Of a stretch of DNA of 64,000 bases, positions 1 to 9,696 are shown one piece after another. Under the pieces are notes generated by a model that saw only the letters and a program-made list of their open reading frames with translations, was not told the DNA's origin and ran no database searches. Where the stretch lies: NCBI GenBank assembly GCA_963809895.1, contig CAWELD010000003.1:1792001-1856000 (forward strand), read 5' to 3'. Made by a program: the position numbers and the translations under genes. This stretch comes from an uncultured Gemmatimonadales bacterium (GTDB taxonomy: Bacteria > Gemmatimonadota > Gemmatimonadetes > Longimicrobiales > Gaopeijiaceae). The stretch's first letter is position 1. The number at the start of each line of letters is the position of its first letter.

Positions 1-1860
1 CCGAACCAACGGCCTTCCACCAGCGGCACGCCCAGGGTACGGAAGTACCCCGCGTCGGCCACCCGGTACTGGAGGACGGCCTCGCTCCGTGTCCCGTCGT
101 CCAGGAGGACCGGTGATCCCAGCGAGCCCGGCGCCGCGCACGGGCAGGAGCAATCCCAGCCCCGCGTCCTGCACCCCGGGCCGGCCCCGGAGCGAGCCGG
201 TCAACTCGTCGAGAAAGGACACCCCCTCGGCGGCCGTCGCGAACTTGCCTCCCGGAAAGTCGAGGCGCGCGGTCACGACCCCGGCGGGATCGAAGCCCAC
301 GTCCTGGTCCAGGATGGCGCCCAGGCTCCGGACCAGGAGGCCTGCCCCCGACAGGAGGGCGACCGCCATGGCCACCTCGCCGGCCATGATGAGACGCCAC
401 CCGCGTCGGACGCGTCGTTCGTCGCCCCCTCCCCTGCCGCCCCGAGCCGAGGCGGCCAGGTCACCCATGGTCAGGCGCAGCGCCGGCAGCACACCGAACA
501 GCAGTCCCGTAACCAGGGCGGTGGCCGCCGTAAAGAGCAGCACGCTCCCGTCCAGGCCCACCTCGGCCAGTCGTGGCACCGCGCCCGCCGCCAGGAGCCT
601 CGTGCTCCTCAGGATGCTCGCGGCGAGCCCCAGCGCCGCCACGGCCCCCAGGCCCGCGAGCACCAGGCTCTCCACCAGGAGCTGACGCACCAGACGCCCC
701 CTGCCGGCCCCCAGCGAAGCCCGCAGCGCCAACTCGCGGCGCCGGCCCGCGCCACGCGCCAGGAGAGCGCTGGCGACGTTGGCGCAGGCCACCAGGAGGA
801 GGAATCCCGCAGAGACCAGCAGAAGGAGGAGCGGTGTCCGTGACGACCCCACCATCTCGTCCTGGAGCCGCTGGACTCGCACACCCACGGTCTCCACCTC
901 GGGATAGCGCCCGTGGATCCCCGCCTGCACCCGCTCCAGTTCGGCGCGCGCACGGGAGAGCTCTGCGCCCGCGGTCATCCGTCCCACCACCCGCACCACG
1001 TGGTTGCCACGCACGGTCCACGGCACCTGGCGTTCCAGGGGCAGCCACAGCTCGGCCCCCGCGGGGAGGTCGAAGCTCGCAGGCATGACACCCACCACGC
1101 TCCAGGGCTCGCCCCGGAGGTCCACGGTAGCACCGGCCAGATCCGTGGGCCCCCCAAGCACGTCGCGCCAGAACGCGTGGCTCACCACCACCACGGGTGG
1201 CCCCCCGGGCCGATTCTCGCCGGGCCCCGTGACCCGTCCCAGCGCCGCGGCCACGCCGACGACCCGGAAGAAGTCGGCCGAGACCGCCGTCACCCGGGCT
1301 CGCACGCCTCCTGAAGGGCCCAGCACGGTCTCCGGAGACGGCGGCGTGTAGGCGGCCAGTGCCTCCAACGCCGGGGAGTCCTCTCGCCAGTCGGCGAAGT
1401 TGGTGTACGACGCCAGGGTGGAGCTCCCGTCGGCGGTGCGCTCGGCCACCGTGATCAGCCGCCCCGACGCCGGATAGGGCAACCCCTGCAGCAGCACGCC
1501 CCGCACCAGGCTGAACATGGCCGTGGTGGCGCCGATCCCCAGCGCCAGCGTGAGCACCGCCATCAGGCTGAACCCCGGTGCCCGGCGCAGCGTGCGGCCG
1601 GCGTAGCGGACATCGCGCGCGACGTCGTCCACCCAGCCCGTTCCCCTTTCGTCTCTCGTGCGCTCCTTCATCCGCTCCACCCCTCCGAATCGCCGGTACG
1701 CTTCACGCCGCGCCGCCTCGGCGTTCCAACCCTGCCGCAGCAGCTTCGACGTCTCTTCCTCGATGTGGAACCGGATCTCCTCTTCCAGCTCCGCTTCCTC
1801 CCGCCCGCGCAGGACGAGACTCCGCAGGCGCGTCGCCATCCCCCGGAGCCACCCGCTCAC
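1..1860 (-). CDS. ADOP-family (duplicated orphan) ABC-type permease, MacB-like; runs off the left edge; apparent +1 frameshift at ~127-129
   Basis: My own translation from GTG 1860: MSGWLRGMATRLRSL...ELEEEIRFHIEEE...RFGG...DVRYAGRTLRRAPGFSLMAVLTLALGIGATTAMFSLV...LLVACANVASALLARG...ELALRASLGAGRGRLVRQLLVES. The motif YFRTLGVPLVEGRWF near base 1 is in a shifted frame. Lies downstream of a PadR gene. Confidence 0.9.
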   Translation of the reverse strand, partial: MSGWLRGMATRLRSLVLRGREEAELEEEIRFHIEEETSKLLRQGWNAEAARREAYRRFGGVERMKERTRDERGTGWVDDVARDVRYAGRTLRRAPGFSLMAVLTLALGIGATTAMFSLVRGVLLQGLPYPASGRLITVAERTADGSSTLASYTNFADWREDSPALEALAAYTPPSPETVLGPSGGVRARVTAVSADFFRVVGVAAALGRVTGPGENRPGGPPVVVVSHAFWRDVLGGPTDLAGATVDLRGEPWSVVGVMPASFDLPAGAELWLPLERQVPWTVRGNHVVRVVGRMTAGAELSRARAELERVQAGIHGRYPEVETVGVRVQRLQDEMVGSSRTPLLLLLVSAGFLLLVACANVASALLARGAGRRRELALRASLGAGRGRLVRQLLVESLVLAGLGAVAALGLAASILRSTRLLAAGAVPRLAEVGLDGSVLLFTAATALVTGLLFGVLPALRLTMGDLAASARGGRGGGDERRVRRGWRLIMAGEVAMAVALLSGAGLLVRSLGAILDQDVGFDPAGVVTARLDFPGGKFATAAEGVSFLDELTGSLRGRPGVQDAGLGLLLPVRGAGLAGITGPPGRRDTERGRPPVPGGRRGVLPYPGRAAGGRPLVR

Positions 1861-1908
1861 GACCGCGCTCCCGGAGGGCCCACCACACGACGCCACTCCC
1901 TGCGCCGC

Positions 1909-2259
1909 TCACGCACGGGACTCGTCCGCCAGCGCCCAGGTGAGGATGCGCTCCACGGCACCGCTGCTGCGCCGCCATTCCCGGACGGCGCGCTCCAGCT
2001 CGCCACGCCCCGCGGCGGTGAGGGCGTAGTAGCGCGCCCTGCGGTTGTTCTCCGTGCGCCGCCATTCGGCGCGGATCCACCCCTTGCGACGCATCCGCTG
2101 AAGCGCCGGATAGAGGGACCCCTGATTGACCTGGAAGACGTCGTCCGACATCTCCTGGATGCGCTCCCCGATGCCCCATCCGTGCATGGGCTCCAGCGTC
2201 AGCACCCGGAGCACCAGCAGGTCGAGGGTCCCCTGCAGCAGATCGCTCTTGTCACCCAC
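1909..2259 (-). CDS. PadR family transcriptional regulator (acidobacterial ADOP-associated type)
   Basis: LLQGTLDLLVL...MHGWGI...VNQGSLYPALQR...ENNRRARYYALT; directly upstream of an ADOP gene. Confidence 0.93.
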   Translation of the reverse strand: MGDKSDLLQGTLDLLVLRVLTLEPMHGWGIGERIQEMSDDVFQVNQGSLYPALQRMRRKGWIRAEWRRTENNRRARYYALTAAGRGELERAVREWRRSSGAVERILTWALADESRA

Positions 2260-2311
2260 GTTCGCCGCTCCCTTCGTCGTGCGGGCCCATCAGGAGCTCC
2301 ACGACAGGAGC

Positions 2312-2362
2312 CCTTCTAGACCGTCTACAGAACATCCCACTCTTCTGTAGACGCTCAAAAGG
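2312..2362. promoter_or_regulatory. Putative PadR operator (paired TAG-N5-CTA-like boxes forming an inverted repeat)
   Basis: CGTCTACAGAA (2322-2332) and TTCTGTAGACG (2343-2353) are perfect reverse complements; AT-rich island just upstream of padR. Confidence 0.6.
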
Positions 2363-2393
2363 ACCGAAGGGTTTCACCGGGACGGCGGCGCGG

Positions 2394-4145
2394 TCAGTCC
2401 CGGCCCGCCTCCTGGAGGTCGACGCCCGGCGAGGGCCAGGGCTGAAAGAGCGGAAGCTCGGGGGGATCGGAGGGCGGCTCGGCGAGGTCGAGCATCACGC
2501 GCCCGCCGCCGCCGTCGGGAAGCCCGAGCGCGTGGAAGCCCACCGACAGGTCGACGGTCTGGCCAGGCGCCACCGCGGCGCCGTCGACGAGGAGTCGGGC
2601 CCCCGTGTCTTCGGGCCACCAGCGGTAGCGGCCCTGGACCACCGCGTCGAACCCCCCGACCGACCCGGAGCGGGTCTCCTGGACGCTGGTGCCCGGGACC
2701 CATATGTGGTGGGCGTAGTGCGTGTAGTGCGTGAGCCAGAAATTCCGCAGCGCGGAGGGTATGAACTGCGACGACGCGGGCAGGGTCAGGAAGGACACCG
2801 GCCTGGACCGGAATCCCCGGATCATGGCTTCGGTCCTCGCCTCGCCCTCCGGTCCCCCGAAATAGACGTCCAGGATCCGGTAGTTCAGGAACTGGAACGC
2901 CTCGGGGTCGTGGCGGCACATGAAGAGCGAGTAGGACTGGAACCCGTGGGCGCTGGCGGAGAAGTTCCGCTCCACGAACGCCAGCGCCTCTCGTTGGGGA
3001 CGCTGGGTGTCTCGAAGGAGATCGGGCACGTGGTAGAGCGCCACCGCCGCCAGGGGGACCCAGAGGACGCCCAACAGGAGGGAGCGCTCCCGCGGGGTCT
3101 CGAGCCGACGGAGCACGGGACCGAGCACGAGCCCCCCCGCCGTGGCGGGAAAGAGCCCCACGACCAGGTAGAAGTAGGGCGCGCGGGTGGCGTGGAAGAG
3201 GAACACGGCCACGCCGAAGCCCACGACCCCCCAGGCCGTGGCGATGCGAGCGCCGTCCTGTCCCCGCGTGCGCAGCCAGTCGACGGAGACGACGGCGACC
3301 AGCCCCAGGGCGACCACCTGCGGAAGGAGCGTCGGCAGCATCCACACGAAGTAGCGGTACCCGAACACGCTCCGGTAGAAGGCGCGGGAGTCCAGGTTGC
3401 CCGAGAGCGCGACCAGCGCCGGCGCCTCTCCCCCGGCGGCGGCGACGACGCGGTAGCCGAGCAGGACTCCGGCCGCTCCCACAAGGAGGAGCACGGCCCG
3501 GATCGCCTCCCGGGGCACGTCGAGGTCCCGGTCCACGGCCAGGCGACCCAGCGTCAGCACGCCCATCAGCCCGCCCACGTAGGCCGCCTTCTGGCTGAAG
3601 AGGAAGCCGAGGCCGAACAGGGCGCCGGCCACCAGCGCCCAGCCCCGGCGCCGCTGGGACGCCAACAGCGCCACGCCGCACCAGAGTCCGAGACAGATCG
3701 CCGCCTCGTCGGTGCGCACCTGTACCGAATACTCGAGGAAGGCCGGCGCGAGGATCCAGAGCCCCAGCGCGGTGAGGATCGCCGTGAAGCGGTGCCGGTC
3801 CGCAGGCAGGAACTGCCGCAGGAGGATCACGAAAGCCACCGCGGCGCCCACCACGAACACGGTCCAGAACAGCCGGGCCTGGACCACGGCCCGCACGGCA
3901 TCGGCGCAGTTCCGGGCGAAGGGCACCAGCGCCAACGTGCCGAGACCCGGCCGGCCGCCGCCCTGGACCTCGCCGGTGGAGCTCGTGACCAGCGCCCGGT
4001 TCAGGAGCCCCAGCTCGTCGCCGTTCACGTTCTCCGTGAACGCGACGGCCAGGTGCAGCGCGACCAGCAGGAGCGCGCCCACGCCGACGGCCGTCCGACG
4101 GCGCGCGCGCGGGCCCGGGCCCGGCCCCGCGCCTACGAGGTCCAC
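2394..4145 (-). CDS. Polytopic membrane protein, probable GT-C/ArnT-like glycosyltransferase; start uncertain
   Basis: About 10 or more hydrophobic segments; NGDE after the first TM; VRTDE and SQKA motifs; soluble C-terminal domain. The track ORF extension to 4670 overlaps the TSUP gene and was rejected. Confidence 0.6.
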   Translation of the reverse strand: MDLVGAGPGPGPRARRRTAVGVGALLLVALHLAVAFTENVNGDELGLLNRALVTSSTGEVQGGGRPGLGTLALVPFARNCADAVRAVVQARLFWTVFVVGAAVAFVILLRQFLPADRHRFTAILTALGLWILAPAFLEYSVQVRTDEAAICLGLWCGVALLASQRRRGWALVAGALFGLGFLFSQKAAYVGGLMGVLTLGRLAVDRDLDVPREAIRAVLLLVGAAGVLLGYRVVAAAGGEAPALVALSGNLDSRAFYRSVFGYRYFVWMLPTLLPQVVALGLVAVVSVDWLRTRGQDGARIATAWGVVGFGVAVFLFHATRAPYFYLVVGLFPATAGGLVLGPVLRRLETPRERSLLLGVLWVPLAAVALYHVPDLLRDTQRPQREALAFVERNFSASAHGFQSYSLFMCRHDPEAFQFLNYRILDVYFGGPEGEARTEAMIRGFRSRPVSFLTLPASSQFIPSALRNFWLTHYTHYAHHIWVPGTSVQETRSGSVGGFDAVVQGRYRWWPEDTGARLLVDGAAVAPGQTVDLSVGFHALGLPDGGGGRVMLDLAEPPSDPPELPLFQPWPSPGVDLQEAGRD

Positions 4146-4876
4146 AGGAGTCGGATGGCGAACAGGATCACGGCGACGGTCACCACCTTGCGGACCCATG
4201 TCTGACCCTTGACAGCGGTCAGGTGCACCCCGATCTGGCCACCCAGCAGATTCCCGACGGCCAGAACCAGCCCGAAGGGCCAATCCACCAGACCGGCCCG
4301 GGCGAAGAGCACGAGCGAGATCGGCGTGAACGCCAGGACCAACGTCACCTTGAGGGCGTTGCCCCGCACCAGGTCGAGACCCGCCGCCGACGCCACGGCC
4401 AGGAGGACGAAGCCCACCCCGGCCTGGATGAAGCCTCCGAAGAGGCCGACTCCGAACCAGGCCACCAAGAGCGCGAGGCGGCGACCGCGGCCCGTGGGCG
4501 GTGCGTCGGCGCCCGTTCCGGCGGGCAGCGGGCGCCAGAGCATGAGGAGCGCCACCGCCACCATCACGCCTGCGAGCACGCGCTGGAAGGCGAGATCGCC
4601 CATCTTCGTCGCCCCCCAGGTGCCCAGGGCGGCTCCGACCACCACCGGTACGATGGCATCCCGCAGCCACGCACCGGCCAACAGCTTGCGTCGCCGGAAT
4701 CCCCAGACCGCCCCCACGTTCTGCACCAGGATGGCCACCCGATTCGTTCCGTTGGCCACGGTGGGCGGCAGCCCCAGGAAGATGAGCAGCGGGAGCGTGA
4801 GCAGGGAGCCACCGCCGGCGATCACGTTGAGCGTGCCGGCCGCCAGTCCGGCGGCGAAGAGGGCGGCCCAGGTCAA
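4133..4876 (-). CDS. Sulfite exporter TauE/SafE (TSUP) family protein
   Basis: AGTLNVIAGGGSLLTLPLL...VANGTNRV...GLFGGFIQAGVG; coupled to the upstream aminotransferase. Confidence 0.9.
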   Translation of the reverse strand: MTWAALFAAGLAAGTLNVIAGGGSLLTLPLLIFLGLPPTVANGTNRVAILVQNVGAVWGFRRRKLLAGAWLRDAIVPVVVGAALGTWGATKMGDLAFQRVLAGVMVAVALLMLWRPLPAGTGADAPPTGRGRRLALLVAWFGVGLFGGFIQAGVGFVLLAVASAAGLDLVRGNALKVTLVLAFTPISLVLFARAGLVDWPFGLVLAVGNLLGGQIGVHLTAVKGQTWVRKVVTVAVILFAIRLLWTS

Positions 4877-5982
4877 GATGCGAGCCAGGCCTCGAAGCGC
4901 TCCAGGCCCTGCTGAAACGACGCCCGCCCGAAGCCCAGGCGCACCTGGCGCGACTCCTCGTCGAACACCGTGCCGGGGACCACGAGCACGCCGGCGTCTT
5001 CCCGCAGCCTGCGAGCGAAATCGTCGGGATCCTCGTGGCGGAGCGTCGGAAAGGTCACCGGTCCCGCCTGCGGTGGCACCCAGTCGAAGCGGTCGCTGTG
5101 AGCGTTCATCACCGACCGCAGCAGACCCAGGTTACGGCAGATCAACCTGCGGTTTCGATCCAGGAGTTGCTCGGCGTGGCGGAGCCCCAGGGCAGCCAGA
5201 TACTCGGCCGGCGCCACCGAGCAGATGGACGAGTAGTCCTTGGCTTCGGCCACGGCCTTGCGCAGGGCGGGGTTGCGCGTGGCCAGCCACCCCAGGCGAA
5301 GCCCGGGAAGGCCCAGGCCCTTGGACATCACGCCCACCGCTCCGGCCCACGGCGACACCTCCGCGGCCGACGGGAGCTTGCGGCCCGCCTCGTATTCGGT
5401 GCCCCGGTACGCCTCGTCCACCAGCACCAGGACGCCGCGCGCCTCGGCCAGGCGGAGCACCGTCCGGAAGGTGGCTTCATCGAAGTGGAATCCCGTGGGA
5501 TTGTGCGGGGATGTGATCACCAGCAGGCGGGTGCGGGGGCGCGCCAGCAGCCGCGGCAGCTCCTCCATGTCGGGCGCCCAGCCGAGCTCCGGGCGGGCAC
5601 GCCACAGGCTCACCCGGGCACCGGCGATTCCGGCGGCCGTGCGTTGCGCCTGATACCCCGGGTGGTGCACCACCGCGTGGTCCCCGGTCCGGAGGACGGC
5701 CAGTGCCACCGTGAGCAGGACCTCCACCGCCGCGTTGTGGACCAGAATGTCGTCGGGGTTCAGCCCGGTGTACGTGGCGGCGATGGCCTGGCGCAGCTCC
5801 GGTGACCCCTCGCTCTCGGTGTAGCCCAGCCTCAGCGACCGCAGGCCTTCGTCCGCCCCGGGCTCCAGGGCGAGGAGCTCCTCCACACGGAGGGTCTCGC
5901 AGTCGGAGACCCCGAGAAGGTGCGGCGTCGTGAATTCGTGCCGCGCGAAGAAGCGCTCGATGAGAAACGGCTCGACCGGCAA
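4873..5982 (-). CDS. PLP-dependent aminotransferase class I/II
   Basis: PHNPTG, VDEAYR, MSKGLGLPGLRLGW (PLP lysine); GGAGG SD before a TTG start. Confidence 0.92.
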   Translation of the reverse strand: MPVEPFLIERFFARHEFTTPHLLGVSDCETLRVEELLALEPGADEGLRSLRLGYTESEGSPELRQAIAATYTGLNPDDILVHNAAVEVLLTVALAVLRTGDHAVVHHPGYQAQRTAAGIAGARVSLWRARPELGWAPDMEELPRLLARPRTRLLVITSPHNPTGFHFDEATFRTVLRLAEARGVLVLVDEAYRGTEYEAGRKLPSAAEVSPWAGAVGVMSKGLGLPGLRLGWLATRNPALRKAVAEAKDYSSICSVAPAEYLAALGLRHAEQLLDRNRRLICRNLGLLRSVMNAHSDRFDWVPPQAGPVTFPTLRHEDPDDFARRLREDAGVLVVPGTVFDEESRQVRLGFGRASFQQGLERFEAWLAS

Positions 5983-6175
5983 TTCGATCCTCCGGGAAGA
6001 AGCTTTGGCTCCTGGCCCGGGGCCCAGGCCCGAGGGGACGCGCAGAGTCGCGACAACTTACGTCGTATCACAGGCCGCGCCAGCACCGGTCCCGGGATCT
6101 TCCGGCTACGAGCCTGGTATCTGACCTCGCTCATCCCCGTGAGGAGGACGAATAGGCACCGATACGCAGGAGAAG

Positions 6176-7414
6176 ATGGGGTTCAACGCCACCTGGTCCA
6201 TGGCCGTGGGCGGCATGGTGGGTGGCGGGATCTTCTCGGTTCTGGGTGTCGTCATCCAGGTGTCGGGAAGGTGGGCCTGGTTGTCCTTCGTGGTGGCCGG
6301 CCTCATCGCACTGGCCTCCGCGCACAGCTACGCGCGGCTCGCGCACAAGTTCGGAGAGAGTGGGGGGGCGTTCACCTTCCTCAGGGAGATGGACTACCAG
6401 GGCTTCGCCGGAAGCCTGTCCTGGGTCCTCATCGCCGGCTACGTCCTCACCATCTCCGTCTACGCCTTCACCTTCGGCCACTACCTGGCCAACGCCCTCG
6501 GCATGGGCGCCTGGCTGCCCAGAGTGTCCGCCCTGGCCGTGATCGCGGTTCTCACCTGGGTGAACCTCCGGGGAGTGGGCGACTCCTCGGCCGTGGAGAT
6601 CGTCACCGTATGGGGAAAGCTGGCGGTGCTCCTGGGCCTGGCCCTGCTCGGCCTCTGGCGCTGGGCGCCGGACCAGCTCACCGCCGGCGTCGAGCCTCAC
6701 GGGATCGTGGCGGCCTTCACCGGGGCCGCCGCCATCTTCATGGCGTACGAGGGATTCCAGCTCCTCACCTACGACTACGACGACATCCGCGACGCGGATC
6801 GCACCCTGCCCAGGGCCATCGTGAGCGCCGTGGTGGCCGTGATCTTCATCTACGTGGTGGTGACCCTCGGGGCCAGCATGCTGGTCGGGGCCGGCACGCT
6901 GGTGGAGAAGAAGGAGGTCGCGCTGGCGGTGGCCGGGCAGCAGGCCATGGGCCTGTGGGGCATGATCCTGGTGACCGTGGCCGCCGCGTTCTCCACGGCG
7001 TCGGCCATCAACGCAACGCTTTTCGCCACGGCCCGGCTCATGCGCGACGTGGCTCAGCGGAAGGAGCTGCCCGACGTGCTCTCCCACGAGAACGACCAGC
7101 ACGTCCCCGACCACGCGGTGCTGGTCATCGGCGCCGGTGGCGCGGCGCTGGCGGCGGTGGGGTCGCTGGACACGTTGGTGTCGGCCGCCAGCCTCACCTT
7201 CCTGTTCACCTTCGCCACCGTGAACGTGTTGGCGGTGCGGCAGAAGGTCCGGGGGCGCTGGATCAGCGCCCTGGGGGCAGGCGGTGCCACCGCGGCCGGG
7301 CTGGCCTCGGTGGTGCGACTCGCCCAGGACGACCCCTGGGCCCTCGTCTCCCTGGGGGTCATGGTCCTGCTGGCGACAGTGGGCCGGCCCCGGATACTCC
7401 GGAGCCGGCCCTGA
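6176..7414 (+). CDS. APC family amino acid permease (possible upstream ATA start at 6152)
   Basis: MAVGGMVGGGIFS, FMAYEGFQL, SAINATLF; about 12 TM segments. Confidence 0.92.
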   Translation: MGFNATWSMAVGGMVGGGIFSVLGVVIQVSGRWAWLSFVVAGLIALASAHSYARLAHKFGESGGAFTFLREMDYQGFAGSLSWVLIAGYVLTISVYAFTFGHYLANALGMGAWLPRVSALAVIAVLTWVNLRGVGDSSAVEIVTVWGKLAVLLGLALLGLWRWAPDQLTAGVEPHGIVAAFTGAAAIFMAYEGFQLLTYDYDDIRDADRTLPRAIVSAVVAVIFIYVVVTLGASMLVGAGTLVEKKEVALAVAGQQAMGLWGMILVTVAAAFSTASAINATLFATARLMRDVAQRKELPDVLSHENDQHVPDHAVLVIGAGGAALAAVGSLDTLVSAASLTFLFTFATVNVLAVRQKVRGRWISALGAGGATAAGLASVVRLAQDDPWALVSLGVMVLLATVGRPRILRSRP

Positions 7415-7455
7415 GCGAACGCCCGCAGGCGCTCGGATTCGTCGTCAGCAGGACC

Positions 7456-8703
7456 CTACAGCCCGCCCCCTCCGCCGCCCCGCCGCTTGGCGGTACGACC
7501 GGTGGAGCTGCCGCTGCGCCCGCTGGACGCCGGCGGGCTCGAGGAAGCCTTGCCGGCCTGGCCCTGACTGGTCGACCGGGGCGTGCTCCCGCGCGGCGTG
7601 GCGCTTCGGCCCGTGGAGCCGCTGGTGCCGCTCCGGGTGTAGCCCCGTCCCCAGATGGCCCGACCACCGGCGTCGTCGCGGGGCTCCACGATCACCACCG
7701 TGGGTCGATAGCCGCCGTAGTAGCCGCCGCCGTAATAGCCGCCGCCGTAGTAGCCGCCGTACCCGCCGTAGCCGTACCCGTAGGGGCTGTAGCCGTAGCC
7801 GTACAGCGAGTAGAAGGGGTCCCAGAAGAAGGGATTGAGCCCACGGTAGCGGGAGCGCGTGCCGTAGTAGTCGTCACCCACGCCGAGCACGCCCCGGCGC
7901 ACGCCCGAGCGCGACCGCATGCCCACGTCGGCGTCGGTGCCGATGTCGAACTTGTCGGGGTAGGTCACCGCCACCATGACGTCGATGACGTCCGGTGACA
8001 CGCCGCCGTCGGCCAGGCGGATCAACTGATGGGAGTCCAGATCGAAGGGCTCGTTGGCCTCCGCGACCCAGGTCTTCACGGCTTCGGGGTCGACCGAGGC
8101 CGACGCCTCGATGACGGATTCGACGTCGGGCGCCCTGGCCGCGGACACGCGGGCCGAGCGCACGGCGAGATCACGGCCACCGGTCAGGTCGCCGAGGTCG
8201 AGGTCCGCCAGCCGCGCCGCCGGGGCCGTACGATATCCCCGGACCCATCCCATCTTCTCGCCGGCGACGTCGACCGACTTCACGTCGAGCCACTGGTCGG
8301 GGGAAATCATGGCGATGATGCCCGAGGCCGAGCGCTCCGTCCCCCCTTCGCACGCCTGATTCGAGTGCAGGTAGATGCGACGGGAGTCCGACGAGAACGC
8401 GACGGTCTCTTCTCCGCTGCATCCCTCCTCCTCCACCGCCCGTCCGACGCCGTCGGCCCGCAGCGTCTCGCGCGTCGAGACCGCTCCGTCCTCGATGGTC
8501 AGGAGCTCCACCCCCGCCCCCTGGGGCCGGAAGCAGAGCAGCGTCTCGTCGGCCGGCGCCTGATCCGACTCCCAACAACCGAGCCAGGGCATCCAGCGGG
8601 CGTCGAACTGCTCCTGCGCCCGGGCCGGGGACGGAGCAAAGGCCACCAGGGCCAGTCCCGCCGTCAGGAGGGTCGTTGCGATGCGTTCGCGCACGTTCTT
8701 CAT
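7456..8703 (-). CDS. Hypothetical secreted protein with Gly/Tyr-rich and Ser/Arg/Gly-rich C-terminal low-complexity regions
   Basis: Signal peptide (…ALVAFAPSPARA|Q), AGGAG SD, coding-like codon usage; YGYGYSPYGYGYGGYGGYYGGGYYGGGYYGGY tract. Confidence 0.85.
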   Translation of the reverse strand: MKNVRERIATTLLTAGLALVAFAPSPARAQEQFDARWMPWLGCWESDQAPADETLLCFRPQGAGVELLTIEDGAVSTRETLRADGVGRAVEEEGCSGEETVAFSSDSRRIYLHSNQACEGGTERSASGIIAMISPDQWLDVKSVDVAGEKMGWVRGYRTAPAARLADLDLGDLTGGRDLAVRSARVSAARAPDVESVIEASASVDPEAVKTWVAEANEPFDLDSHQLIRLADGGVSPDVIDVMVAVTYPDKFDIGTDADVGMRSRSGVRRGVLGVGDDYYGTRSRYRGLNPFFWDPFYSLYGYGYSPYGYGYGGYGGYYGGGYYGGGYYGGYRPTVVIVEPRDDAGGRAIWGRGYTRSGTSGSTGRSATPRGSTPRSTSQGQAGKASSSPPASSGRSGSSTGRTAKRRGGGGGGL

Positions 8704-8720
8704 GGTTGTCTCCTGTCGGG

Positions 8721-9446
8721 TCAGAACCGAACCGAGAGTCCCGCGGTGACCGCGAAACCACCGAGGTCGATTTTTCCGAATTTACCGAAGTCGCCGCCCA
8801 GGTCGGCACGGCTCCAGGCGTAGCGCGCTTCGCCGCTGAGCACGAAGCGCGGTCCCACCGAGACGTCGGCGCCCGCGAACAGCTGCCCCAGGGGCGCGCT
8901 GCCGCTGGCGCGCAGGTCGTCGGTGAAGATGTCGTGTGGGGGGTTGTAGTCCACCCAATCGCCGTTCTGCTCGAATGAATACCACATGACGCCCAGTCCC
9001 GCTCCCACATAGGGCGCCACGGCCGCGGGAACCCAGGCGAAGCGGCTCACCGCACGGCCCGGCGCCGTCAGATACTGCTTCGCGCTCACCGAGAAGGACC
9101 GTCGGAAGAAGGTGGTCTCCTGCTCGATGGGGAGATCGTTGGTGTCGACCCAGTAGCGGAACTCGGACTGCGTCGTGCTGCGGTCCAGGTCGAGGTTCAC
9201 GGCCACATCGAGGCGGTCCGTGGCCCGGACACCGAGCACCAGACCCCACGAGGCCGTGTTGAAGTCACCCCGGCTCAACGTGAGCGAATCCGTCACGAAG
9301 TCGAAGATGCGACCGTCGGCCTTCGGCATGGCGTAACCGAGCCGCACCCCAAGCGACACCCGGGGCTCGCGGAACAGGAAATCGGGATCCTGCTGGGCCG
9401 CCAGACCTGCGGGAAGCAGGGGAAGCACCAGGGCAGCGATAGCCAT
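8721..9446 (-). CDS. Outer membrane beta-barrel protein
   Basis: Signal peptide, alternating amphipathic strands (PYVGAGLGV, LSGEARY), C-terminal Phe beta-signal (GLSVRF). Confidence 0.85.
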   Translation of the reverse strand: MAIAALVLPLLPAGLAAQQDPDFLFREPRVSLGVRLGYAMPKADGRIFDFVTDSLTLSRGDFNTASWGLVLGVRATDRLDVAVNLDLDRSTTQSEFRYWVDTNDLPIEQETTFFRRSFSVSAKQYLTAPGRAVSRFAWVPAAVAPYVGAGLGVMWYSFEQNGDWVDYNPPHDIFTDDLRASGSAPLGQLFAGADVSVGPRFVLSGEARYAWSRADLGGDFGKFGKIDLGGFAVTAGLSVRF

Positions 9447-9562
9447 CCCCGAAGCAGGGAGCCGTCGTGGCGATTCATGCGGCCTCCGGACTCCGACACG
9501 TACAGGCGCGCCCCGGCTGGCCGCGCCCGGGTCCAGTGGACCCTTCTGTACTACGCCTCAGC

Positions 9563-9577
9563 GCAAGCGGTGTGCCA
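9563..9577 (-). promoter_or_regulatory. Sigma54 (-24/-12) promoter for the beta-barrel operon
   Basis: Minus strand reads TGGCACACCGCTTGC, matching TGGCAC-N5-TTGC exactly, about 115 bp upstream of the beta-barrel gene. Confidence 0.75.
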
Positions 9578-9696
9578 GGCGCCTCGGCCCCTGAGGACGC
9601 CGCGTAGCGCGTCGTCCGGGCCCCTCCAGTCCCGCGTGCCGGACAAGGCGTGTCCCCGTGAGGTGACACGGGCCGGCAGCGCATGTGGACGCGGGT

